Assembly: GCA_050273025.1 (NCBI GenBank)
Contig: CP158635.1
Location: forward strand, 19,902,001-19,966,000
Direction of reading: 5' to 3'
Source: Cenococcum geophilum
Lineage: Eukaryota
Length of the DNA: 64,000 nt
Shown here: positions 1-12,305 of the stretch, piece after piece
How the letters are laid out: each line of letters begins with the position of its first letter
Position numbering within the stretch: position 1 is the first letter of the stretch
Program-made: the position numbers and the translations under genes
The notes under the pieces: generated by a model
What the model was told of the DNA's origin: nothing
The model's input: the letters and a program-made list of their open reading frames with translations, nothing else
Database searches by the model: none

Positions 1-1465
1 TGCCTCTTAGGACTCGCCTATAAGGCGCCTACGAGGCGCCTATAAGGCGCCTGCGAGTTATCTATAGTGCTCCTACTACCTTACTTTTTGACCTCCTTGG
101 GAACCACTACTGCCGTAACTAGCCTACGGACGCGCTAGTATTATATACTTTACTCTGCTACTATAGAGTCATTAGGAGGCACCCGTTGCTCGCCCCCCCA
201 CCCTCTATTATTATTTCCTTTATAACCCAGAACTGGTTTAGTACATTTTAGCTAATAAGCCACTAGGTAACCGCCTTAAGGCCTTTTTATATTAAGAGCA
301 GTATCTTATAGTTCTCTATACCAGCTACTAAGAGTATTACTTCTTAGTTAGTGCATAAGGGGCATAATAGTATTACGTGTTTTAGTGTCTGTCTTAACCA
401 GCCATATTTATATCTTAGGCTACCTACTAGGATACCTACCTAGTAGAGCCAGTCTTTTAGTCCTATTATTCCTGTTCTTAAAAGCGTTACTATTATATTT
501 TCTGCCTTTATTAGGCCTTTTTAGAGCCCTAAGGTGTCTACCCCCTATAGCATTAACTATGCTACGGCTTAGGTTCCTCTTACCTTAGTTAGCCTCTATA
601 CCTTTAACTCCCATATACCTCTCTAGCGTTAGTCCAGCCAGTATTATATTGCGGTAGATAGTTTCCCGGCGTTCTTTTATACTCTACTTTAACTCCTTTC
701 TCTCTCTTGCTGTTATCCTTACTGGCCTCTTATATATCTCCCTTTCTCCTCTATATAGGCCTAGGCCCTAAAGTAGCACTATTCTTCTTTTGCTTTCTTT
801 ACCTGTTTCTCTAATATATCTTCCTTACTTTAGAGTTATTAGTTTATTCTCCTATAAGGCGCCCTAGGGTCCCTCTATAGTTTATTTAGATGTATCTTAA
901 TATACTTTATAATATTAGAGTTACGTTCCTTTTACGCCCTTTATATTATAGCGGCTTTAATATATAGTTATAGGGGGGGAATATTAGCTTCCTTCTTAAG
1001 TAGAGCTGTGGCCGTTCGCTTATATCCGCCTATTATACTCTAAAGGCAGGCTATTTAGACCTTTTAGAGTGGTTTAAGGAGTAATTTAGGGGGGCCTTTC
1101 TTAGATTCTCTAATGGCCTAGATACTAGACCTATACGTTATAGTTGGCTAGATAACTGCTATATATAGTAGGCGTAACCTCTAGAAGTATAGACCCTATA
1201 TAAAATTAACAATCCTAAATAATATAATATACTATACTTAGCCCTTATAGGCCGCTTATGCCGTATATACGCTCCACTAGAGCTTACTATCTACCCATAC
1301 TCCTAATACTCTTAGGCCCTAAACTGGTTAACCCCTAAAGCCTTAAATGCGAATTATATGCTAGAGATCTATAGATTGGTTACGTTTTCTTATAAAATAG
1401 ATTAGCTGGTATTTCTCTAGTAAGAATTGGACTCTATATTGTCTTGCCCATTCTATATAGGTATT

Positions 1466-1700
1466 TGTAAGCTTTGCAGTGTAGGAGAATTAAGTGAACG
1501 ACTTAATTGTAAATCTATGGAAATTAGGTGAAATATATACACAAAAGTAGAGCCCTGACAGTAGGGTCTATGACTTGATCTTTGACTTATTTGAGCTATA
1601 ATACGAGGTATGCGAGATATATGAAGGTAGTGCCAATACTGTCTTGGAGCCTTCTAGGCTACAGCCTTATATCTTGGCACAGTACCAGTAGTTAGTTACA
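1466..1700 (-). repeat. copia 3' LTR (235 bp)
   Basis: Direct repeat of 6270-6504 with TG...CA ends. Differences seen are C/T or G/A transitions. Confidence 0.95.
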
Positions 1701-4700
1701 CACCCCCCCAGATTTAACGGTGTAGTTAAAGCTATAGAAAATAAAAATGAAGGTAGGGGCTATACCAAAATAGGAAATTTAGATACAATTTGGGAGTAGC
1801 AAAAGAATGGGGTAACCGTGACTGATATTGCGAATATCGCGGATATTGCGGATATTGCAAATATTGCAATAATACTAGTTGCTAGATGATGCAGTAGTAA
1901 TCTGATATCGAATATCTACCAAATTCAACTGCTTTATCCATGCTTCGTGCTTTTGACGAGGTAAGATTTTTATAAGGCCGTCGGCAGGCATTTTGTCTAT
2001 AGGAACCCATTATACGTTAATCTTTTTGTCTTAGACTTTCTGTCTAAGCTAATGCTAATAGACGTTGATATATCAAAGCTTGGTGTTGAGTTTTAGTATA
2101 TTCTATTTAAGAAGGTGTACAATCTACATATTGTTGTATAGTAGGGTAAATTCGCGTTCTAAATTAAAGCCGATTGCCTTAAAGAATCGTTGCCACTAGA
2201 TAATCTCAACGGCAGCAGTAGATAGGGAGAGAAGCTCTACTTTAGTAGTTAAACGAGTAACAGATCGCTATAGGGTTGCTTTCCAATCAATTAGGCCTCC
2301 GAATAGGATAAAAAGATATCCTTAAGAGCTCCGTCTAGTCTCTTTATAGTCCGCAAATACTGCGTTAAATGCTCCGTAAAAGGTAACGTCTTCTCCTTTA
2401 GGGTTTCTAAAGTAGACGTGTGCTCCAAAAGCTTCCCCTGAGTATTTAATAGCTATAGATTTTGTTCTAAGGCAGTAGGCTATAGCTTAGTTTGCTGCGT
2501 CGAGGTGTCCCTAATTTAGATTGGTAAGGAATTTAGCTAGCTTAGAATACGTCTTTACAATATTAGGTCTTCTAAATACGGTAAGGTATATAAGAGACCC
2601 TACTCGTTACTAGTAGGCTAGGGTCCTTTAAGGGTTCGTCTATTAATCGGACGGAATCAGTTCTTTGGCAGGAAGTAGTAACTTAGGAAATCTACCTGGT
2701 TAAATATTAAATCTATTAGCTATCTTTTTAATATAGGAGTCTTGGCAGAGCTAGAGCTTTCTACTTACTCAATCTCGTTTGATTTAAATTCCTAGGAACT
2801 ACTATAGGTCTCCTAGTACACGGATCTCGTATCGTTTTAGTAATTTAGCTTCGAATTCTTTAAGTCTTTAAAGGTTCTTTTTAGCAAATAGAACGGCAAT
2901 ATCGTTTACGTAGAAGAAGACAATAAGTCGTCTATTAGTAAATAGGCAGTTAGTACCTAGGATAGGTTTCAATCCAAATTTAGCTAGGGTATTAGTAAGC
3001 TCTTTATACCACAGTAGCGGTAATATTTTTAGTCCGTATAGCGCTATAAGTAGCTCTAGGATATGTCCATTTTGATCAAATCCTTCTAGGCAGTAGCAGT
3101 ATACTGGTTTACTAAGCTTGGCATTTGTGAATGCGTTTACGGCGTTATACTGTTAAATTTCCAAATTGAATGCGGCTGCTATAGCCATGAGGGCACGGAA
3201 TATTCGAGCAGCTAGGGTTGCTGCATAGGTCTCTTCTTCGGTGATCTGCAGGTCTCTACGGACGCATAGTTAAGCTTTAAGCTTTTGTAGGTAGCCGTCG
3301 CTATTAAGCTTATATTTAAAGACCTATTTTAGTAGAAGGATCTACTCGTTATATGCTTCTGCCTTTAGTACAGTCTTAAATATCCCTTAGCGTTTTAGGT
3401 CGTTGTATTCTTTTTCTATAGCCTTTTAAAAGCCAGTAGTCAAAGGATACTTTCTTAGTTCTTTAAGGTTCTTTAATTTAGGAGGAAGATTGTCCCGATA
3501 TAGAGATAAGGATAAGGATCTAGTTCGGCTAATGTCCTTTACTAGTCCTATAGCAAATCTAGCGTAGTAACTAAATAGGGTAGATAGATTGGCTAGTGCT
3601 GTCGCATATACTTGACGTTAAATTCGTTTGGATCCTTCTGGTAGGATAAGGTCGGTAGAAGGTTTAGCTAAGACTTCATTAGCTTATAGAGCTATATTAA
3701 TTGCTCTATTGGATAGTTCTAGGGAGCTTAACTAGGTAGGGGTTGCTTTAATTGTATCCAAGATATCGTCTTAAAGTCCTCCTAGTGTAGTGTTTATTTC
3801 TGGTAGATCTGGAGATACCGTTCTACTAAGAGTTAGTAACTGCTTAGTATCCTTTGTACGAGGCTCTGCCGAATCGTTTAATTTAGGTGTAGTCGTTTGA
3901 TCTGCATTTGAGGTAGGTCTATATAGGATAGATTTATCCTTAGATTTATCCTCGTGAAGAGGTTCTAGTAGACTGATTGTTTAGAGGGTGTCTCCTATCT
4001 ATCTAAAAGCTCGTTCGTCATCGCTCCAGAAGAAGACAACGTCTTAGTGGAAACGTATTTTGATTAAACGGTGGGTCTTTTAGATGGTAGGTAGGATAGT
4101 AGCTTTATCCTTATTCTTAGAGGTAAATATAAAGTTAAATTTAGAATATGTGTAATAGAAATGCATAATATATCTATCGCCGTTATATCCAGGTACTCTA
4201 AGGTTAATAATATTAAACGCGAGCCGTTTAAATGGTTAAGTAGCTGGATATTTATATTCTTGTCTTTAAGAGATCTGCTATATATACTTTGCTAATAAGC
4301 AAACTTTATATTCAACTTTAAGCGGTGCTTATTCGTTAATTAGCTCTTTAAGCTCTGCGCTATTAACGTGCTTAGGAAGCTGCTTAATAGCGTTAGGTCC
4401 TGCATGGCCAAGTATTTTATGCCATTTTATAGCTGTGGCTCCGACTAGTTTACGGGCCATTCTACTTAGTTAATGTCTTCTTATTAAGAAGGTCGATTAA
4501 GTTATTAAATCTAGGGTAGGCTGTCTATGCATTAGTGCCTAGTGGCCCCCTAGTCGTCTTATATAGTATACTGTTTTGCTAGTTACTAAACGGTATAGTA
4601 AGTTTCGTCCTAAGTTAAAATAGATATCGTTATTAGTAGCTCTTAAGAGTGCTACAATATTTATAAAAAAGGTAGGTGCTAGTGCTACGTAGGATAGCTT

Positions 4701-6269
4701 TATTTTTAACTTCCTAGTAGGTGTATTAATAGTAATGGTTACTATTCCGTAAGCTTAAATCTTTTTAAAATTTCCGCCAGCAATTAGGTAGTCGTCTTCT
4801 GCTACTAGGTACGAGAAGGTAAAGTCTTCTTTACTATTATAGATGTAGATATCTATACTAGGGTTGAGTATCTAGGTGTTCTGGAGTTTAAATGGAATTT
4901 AACCAGTACTAAATACGGCAGTATAGCTGGTCGGTGTTATAGAAGGTGGGGTTTTAGAGTTAAAATTAATTATAAATTTTACGTCCTTTTTTGCTTCCTA
5001 TCCTCCTTTTTGGATATAATTAACTATGTATTTAATCTAAGGCGTAAATAAGATCTTTTCTTCTACTTCCTTCTGGACGTCTAGGTTTGGTTTCCATCCT
5101 TATAGGCGCTTCTTCTTAGCAATATAGTAGCAGTTATTAAATTAATGTATAAGGCCGTATATACATTTCTTGTTCTATCTTAAATTAAAATTAAAATTGC
5201 CGTTGGAATTAGAATTGCTGTTAGAATCTAAATTGGAATTTAAATTATTTTAAAGGGTTACAAATGCAGAGCTATTAGTAGTGGTAGCAGAGGATGCCAC
5301 TTGCTATATACGGTAGTGCTCCTTAAATTCCTTAATTAGTTTAATAATAGATAGTGTATCTTCGCCCTTCTATTCCTTATAAATAAGGTCTACTTTTAGA
5401 GCTCCTGTAAAGCTAGAAGAGATTAGCTTAATTACTTAAACGAAATTATAGTATACCCTAAATCCCTAAACGTCTAAAAGCTCTAATTGCTCCATAAGCT
5501 TATAGACGTTCCGCTAGTTATTTAACTATTTTTTAATACTCTGCTTTTTATTGTAGGATTTTAAAGCTGTGTATTAATTAAGGACCTTATATTTTTAACC
5601 TAAGGAGGTAGGGGCAAGTGCAGTCTTTAATGCTTAAAGCCGTTCGTGTACCGTGTTGAGGCCGTCAATAAATAGAAGGTAGGCTACTAATGTAGTACGA
5701 ACGATGTAGTTGCTAATATCGTTTATAGCCTATTTTTGCTTCTCATATACGCGTAAATCATCCTTATATTCGGCGTAGAGCTAGTTATAGGCAGTGAGCT
5801 TAATTTAGTCCAGTTAAGCTATTAATATAGTATTAGGAAGTACGTCTGCTAGTATGGGTCAATGCAGTGGTTCTAGCTTTAGAAGCTCGTCTTTTGTAGA
5901 TAGGTCGATGTACTTCTATACCTTATTAGTTATGGCTGTGTCTTAGATAATAAAGAACTATTAGATTTAATTAGATGGCTAGTTAAAAATAAGGTTAACT
6001 TTTAATTTATTGGTGGTTATTATTTTTAGGATTTATAGGGTCAGGTAGGGTCCAATTGGTGGCTTGGTAAAAACCTTATTTTAACGTTCCGAACTCTTAA
6101 TTTGATTCATCAGTTCGTTTGTTAGTCGGGTACGTTAGTTAGGGTTAACCGTTCGTTTGTTTAATAGGTAAAGAAGCTTAAGACACTTATAAAGGTAATA
6201 GAAGTAGTGACTTCTTAAATGAGGTAATAGATTAATTGCTTAGTAGGTAGTGCGACCCAGGCTTATAAC

Positions 6270-6504
6270 TGTAAGCTTTGCAATGTAGGAGAATTAAGTA
6301 AACGACTTAATTATAAATCTATGGAAATTAGGTGAAATATATACACAAAAGTAGAGCCCTAACAGTAGGGTCTATGACTTGATCTTTGACTCATTTGAGC
6401 TATAATACGAGGTATGCGAGATATATAAAGGTAGTGCCAATGCTGTCTTGGAGCCTTCCAGGCTATAGCCTTATATCTCGGCACAGTACCGGTAGTCGGT
6501 TACA
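6270..6504 (-). repeat. copia 5' LTR (235 bp)
   Basis: Direct repeat of 1466-1700, followed by TSD GTATT. Confidence 0.95.
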
Positions 6505-9500
6505 GTATTATATACTTTCTCTAGTATTTTGCAATTCTCTGCGGCTGTTAGCCCGTATATAATTAGGTTTATATTATTAATAAAGCCTATCCCCTAGGTT
6601 ACCCCTTCCTTAAAGGAGTTAAGTAGGTTGCTTATAAAGAAAAGGAAGAGTATAGGTAAGAGGGGTAATCCTTATAGTATTCCTATTGCAACTACAATAG
6701 GGGGGCTTTGGTATCCACTGAAGACTAATAATATTTCTTTTTAACCTATAAACCCTTAAATAAATTATATAATCTATTCTAAGAAGCCTTTTACCCTAAG
6801 GATATATAGGAGACGCTTGTGGGGTATATTATTATAGGCGCCACTAATATCTAGGCTAAGCATTAATACTATAAAGTCCCTTTGCATCGCCTATGTAGAT
6901 TTAATAGTAATAGCGAGTAGCGTAAGTGCTAATAGTGTTAAGCGGTTCTTTCTTGCCCCTATTTAGCTTTATGGTAGTAGGGTATATTCCTTAGCCATAT
7001 CTGCTATATGGTCCGCTATTACCCTTTCTAAGATCTTGCTAAGGGTATTCTCTAAGGCAATAGGGCGGTAGTTTCCTAGGAGTAAGTAGTCTGCTTTACC
7101 TTCTTTACGTAGGATAAACGTTATTATAGCTCTTCTAAGTCTCGGGTAGTAGCCTATTATAAAGTATACTCTAGCTACATCCGCAAGCCAAAGTGCTATT
7201 AGTGGTCCGCAGGTCTTTAGGGCTTTATTTAAAATCCCATCTAGTCCTAGTACTATATTATTTAAAAGGTGGCTAATAGTTCTAGCCATTTCTTCGGTTG
7301 TTATATCACTATTAACCCTTAGGCGAGTCACCGGTGCTTCGCCCGTAATATCGCTGAGGTCTACTAAAGCTAGTTAAGGGAAAAATCTTTCTATAAGGAT
7401 CTTTGCCTTCTTATTATTGTCGCTTATAGCTAGTAATTTACCTAGTCTTTGCAGGGGCGGAAGGTATAAGTCTTCTACTAGACGTCCCGCCTTTTTTTTT
7501 ACCTATTTTGCTATCCTCCAAAGACCTTTATTATAGGGGAGGCTCGGGTTAGTAGTATGCTCATTTATAAACCGTCTCCAGCTATTCCTTACTTCTTTTT
7601 TTAGGGTATTCTTTAGCTAGTTTCTTATGTCTTTATATTATCTCTTGTCTTTAGGATTATAGCTACTTATATATTTTCTTCTTACTCGTTATTGGCTAGT
7701 AATAATAATTGCGTATTATGCGGACCATACATATTACGCGTAGGGGCCCGGTTTTAAGACCGGGCAGTACTCTTCTAGCCCATTTTTAATTGCTGCCTAG
7801 ATCCTTTCTAGTCTTCGGTCGATTTCCTTAGGGGTAGCCAATAAGCCTTACTCGTTTAGTATTGGGTGGATTTCTTCTAGGTCTTAAAGTTGTTATTTAA
7901 CTGTATTAAGGAAGCTGTCTATCTTAAGCTTTCTTATTGCGTATCTTTTGCTATTTAGTTACGCCTTAATATCTAGATCTAGCTATATCTAGATAGGGAT
8001 ATAGTCTAAGGCGAGTGCCTATTCTTCTTTAGGTTTATACCTTTTAAGTCTTTAATATAGGCCTTCGTCTATAAATATAAGGTTAATTATGCTTCTAGCA
8101 GTACCTTATTGCCATATAATTACTCCTAGGGGGGTGGCCAGCTTAAGGCCCCCGGTATCTATAGCTCTTAGTAGGCACTCTACCTATCATTTAGCAGCAA
8201 TATAGATACCCCCCCACCGTAGGTAGTAGAGGTTTATATCTCCTAATAGAATAGACTCTATGCCTTTAGTTTTTAGTAAGCTTATTACTAATATAATATT
8301 CTCTGTTTATGGGACCCCTTTAACCCTAGGGTTATATACATTAATAATCTATACTGGTCCCCTATATGTCTGGATTGTTATTATTATAATATCTAGGTTA
8401 ACTGCCTACTATAACTATAAGGACAGGCTAATAGCCTTACTAATTATAAAGCATACGCGTATAGCTACTTTTGGTTCGTATAGGAGCTAGAATCCTTAGG
8501 GGTAGTATATTAATTATATATAGGCATTGTAATACGGCTCTTATATAGTAAGGATATAGTATTTTTCTAGGTCTAGGCTGTCTAGTAAGGGCCTTGCAAG
8601 ACAGTGGTTTATATTACCGCAGTTGTACTATATAATGGATAGGTAGCGGACCCCTAGTAAGGGTCCTTCGCCTCTTCTTTGTTCCTCGCTTCTTCTATTT
8701 CTACTTTCTCTAGAATATTTAGAACTTCTATCTCTTATATCTATACCCTAGTTACTACTTATTTTATATAGAGCTTTCTATTCCCATATCTTATGTTCCT
8801 ACTAGCGCTTCTATATCTAAATCTATTATTATCTCCGGTTCTTCCCCTATTTTTACTAGTTAGCTATATACCCTTTAAGAGTTGGCTATAAATGTTATAT
8901 TTGCCGCGTTAAGTCTAATTCTTAATTATCCTGGTCTTAAGCTTACTATAGCTATCTATAAGGGTCTTCCTACAGGGCGTCCTCTCCCTTATGTTCCCTG
9001 TAACCCTTATATCCCTATACGGTCTAGTAATATCACGCGGCGTCGCTTCTAGCCCGTTAAGGCTTAGGATAGCTAGCCTAGCCCCCTAGTATTAAAGGAA
9101 GGAAACGCTAGAAAGGTACCTACGCCCCCCTAGCTTATCGCCTATTATTTCCATTTATATAACCTAGCGTGCAGTTATTCCCGTAGCTATTAAGCCCTTA
9201 CCTTCCGTCTCCTATATTTAATACAGTCTTCTCTCTCCTACGCCTTATATATGCTTTAGTAGCAGTTTACGTATTTTATTTAGTCTTAATTTAAGCAATA
9301 TCTTATATTATAGGGGCCTGCACAGTGGCCGTAGCACACCTATACTGCGCATGTGGATTAGGTATATCCCCATTATACGCAGTAATAGTATTATTTTAGG
9401 CGGAGTCTATAGTTATAGAGCCTTATATTATATATAAGGCCATTTATAATAATACCTTTTTAGATAAGGAGTTTTTGCATTCCTAGTATATGTGTGCTAA

Positions 9501-12305
9501 TAATAAAGGAGCTATACGTTTAACCGGCGCCTCCCTAGCGAGTCTCTAGCAACCCTTATATTCTTTTATTATTCTTATTATATACTTAGTTTATATTTTC
9601 CTATTATAGCTATTAGATTTAGGTAATCTTAAGTCCTAGTATAAGGCGTTCCGTTTATTTTACTATCTTATATATAGTTACTATATTATCCGCCTAGCGT
9701 CCCTTTTTTACCCTAAGGCTTAGGGGAACCGCTAAGACTTTAACTAGGTAATCTTCGCGGAGTACTTTTATGCCAATACGTTCTTCTAGCCTATCCCCTA
9801 CCCTTATAGCTTATTCCTTTGCCTGTTAGTCCCTTAAGGTAACTCTAATATCTCCGCTCCTAAGGTATTAGACTACGACAGCGTTATAGACCTCTTTGCG
9901 AATCTTTGTAAGGACTTCTGTTTCTAATTATCCCCTAAGCCCCTTTACTTTTTCTATATTTGGTTATATTATAATTATATACCCGGATGTTATCTTTAGG
10001 GGGGTAGGTTCCCTATATTATAGAAGCGCAGCTATAGCGGCCTAGGTACAGTTCGCCGGTAAGGAAGAATTTTATTTATTTTTAATTTTACTTAGCCGTT
10101 AGAGGATTTAATTAAGGGTTTGCTAGAGGGGCGCCTAAGGTTTACTAGACTGGCGGAGCTATTTTACTAGCTGTATTAGTTCGTTATAGCTAATAGTTGC
10201 TCCCCTATAACTGCGGATACTAGACGCGTCCAATAGGCTTTATATTTTATTAGATGCCTTCTTAATAGAGGTCTTTCCGCTTTATAGTGTGGTATTCGCC
10301 CATTCTTATTATGGAGGGCCATTGCTGAGCGTGGTTCTGGTGGACGCGCGCGAGTGCGAACTACCGTCGTTCGACGTATGCCTCCCCTACGATGCGTGCA
10401 TCTCAGGGGGATTCTCTGGGTGTTTTTTCAGGGTTCTTTTAGTTGGTTTTGGTCTTTTTTAGGCCGGGTGCAGCAAGAGCTCCCTTAGACAATAATTATT
10501 AACTAGAGCAAAAATAAATAGATTAAGATATTATTAATATACGCGGTAATAAATATATTAAGGAATTCGCAAAGCGTATTGTTAACGTATTGCTAAAACG
10601 TACTAGGACCGTTCTTTATACTAAACGGCATTACTAGGTATTTAAAAAGTCCCTATTGTATACGGAAAGCTATATACTTTTTATCTCTTTCGCGAACACG
10701 GATTTAATTAAAGGTAGTAACTATATCGAGCTTTATAAAGTATCGTGCTTTTACTAAGCGGTTAAGTATTTCTTAAAGTAAAGGAATTAGATATTGGTTT
10801 TAAATCGTAATTATATTTAAGGCTTAATAATTAATATAGAACCTTAAGCCTCCTTTAGGTTTCTTAATAAATAGTATAAGCAAGGCAAATAGTAATTAAC
10901 TAGGGTAAATAAATCCTTTCTTTAGGTACTCTTTAAGGTATTATCGCATTACTAGTAGCTCTTCTTATGATATACCGTATAACGGGCCGAACTTTGGCGT
11001 TATACTAGGTTTAAGTTCTATCTTAAAATCGTACTCGTCTTAATACGGGGGTAGTTGGTTTATAAATTATTTCTTAAACGTATTAATTAGATTATAATAT
11101 TTTTTAGGTATAAGAGATTAGGGGTTAGTATATTACTTTAGTTCTAACGCCTTCTTAATGTCTTTTAGTGTTATAGTAAAGATCTTATAGTATTATTTTC
11201 TTGCTAATAAATAAAAGGGTACGGCTTGTATTATATAAATTTTAAGGGGTTTTAATATATTATCTTCGCATTCTTTACCGCGATTAGTAGTTATAACTTT
11301 ATTATATTAGTTCGGGGTTTATAGCAAGGGTAATTCGTATTGTGTTAAATTTAAATAGTTATGTATATATTTGTAAGGTAAGTAGTGTTTTAAATAATAA
11401 CTTTAGCAGTAGGTTGTACGGAATTTTAGTATTTCTTTAACCTAGCTAATTAAAAGGTTATATTGTTTTAGCTATTTATATCTAAGTATTACCTTATAAT
11501 GCTTTAAGGGTGTTATAAATAGGGAAATATATTTAAGGTATTCGCCTATCCGCATCTTTATAAGAGCGTAGTGTGTTAGTTTACTATATATTAAAAGCTT
11601 ACTATTAAAGCCTTATAGGCCTTAGGGCTTATTAAGTTTCTTTAAATTTAAGCGTTAAGTTTTTACGTAGTTCGTATTAATAAAGCCTATACTAGTAGCT
11701 CCACTATCTATAAGGATTTATACTTTCTTCTATTTTTTAAGTATTTAAATTTTGCCAAGTATATCGAGGGAGTTATATTATATATCAGTGCTAGAAGAGC
11801 CTAGATACTTATACTCTTCTACTTCTTATCCTAAGGTACAACTTAGCCCTAGGATAACTCGTTTTCCGAGTTAACTAAGGGTAAGATACTTTATAGCGAC
11901 TAAGTATAATTTATGGAATAAGTATAATTTATAGAATAAGTGTAACTTAAGAACTAAGAGGAGCTACAGCGGACCTTTTTAAAAGGGTAAGTTCGGCAAT
12001 CCCTTTAAATATATCCCTTTTTTCTATATCTAAAACATTCTCTATTTACGGCTTGTGTTCTTTGTTTATTAGTTCCTAAGGGTATATAGAATTAAGTAGC
12101 GTTAAGGTCCATAGGTCGTATATAGGGCTTTTAGGTCTTAGAGACGGATCGCGCTTTAAGGTATATATTAGTTTTGTAGAGTTTTAAATATAAGGTATAG
12201 TTGGCTTTAGAAAATAAGTCTATTTATTATATTAAAGGTCCTTATTAATTTGTTAATATATTATAGCAAATTCGGGTAAGTTCTTTAGCAGTTCTTTACC
12301 TACTA

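Larger units (their letters stand above)
1466..6504 (-). mobile_element. Ty1/copia LTR retrotransposon (5039 bp), RIP-mutated, internal integrase deletion
   Basis: Two 235-bp LTRs (TGTAAG...TTACA), flanked by 5-bp target duplication GTATT (1461-1465, 6505-6509). G-rich PPT at ~1701-1710 (minus). PBS-like GTTAT(A/G)AGCC next to the 5' LTR. Motifs in copia order: WHKILGH (~4400-4425), integrase start, ALYGL (~3030-3045), FFYV(D)DI (~2900-2920), MPADGL(T)K (~1970-1990). Confidence 0.95.
1..10512 (-). mobile_element. Tad1-like LINE (non-LTR retrotransposon), near full length, RIP-inactivated; interrupted by copia insertion at 1466-6504; 3' tail lies left of the window
   Basis: Minus-strand translation gives ORF1 Cys/His knuckles (~9250-9420) and the APE endonuclease start (LSII*YNCG, ~8640). 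RT motifs are YRPIALENTLSKILE (~7040-7080), GI(P)(Q)G(S)PL(S)PILF (~6650-6690) and GFI(D)(D) (~6570). A C-terminal C-x2-C...H-x4-C module sits at ~360-420. Stops seen are RIP-type TAA/TAG. Colinear with the copy at 31106-33705. The 5' junction is approximate. Confidence 0.9.

Noticed and set aside
385..588. ORFs 385-588 and 31479-31682 as small membrane proteins
   Set aside because: They are antisense to LINE ORF2 in both copies; the Leu/Tyr richness is a RIP artefact.
600..1400. RNase H domain in the LINE
   Set aside because: I could not identify the catalytic motifs between RT and the C-terminal Cys/His module, so it is not claimed.
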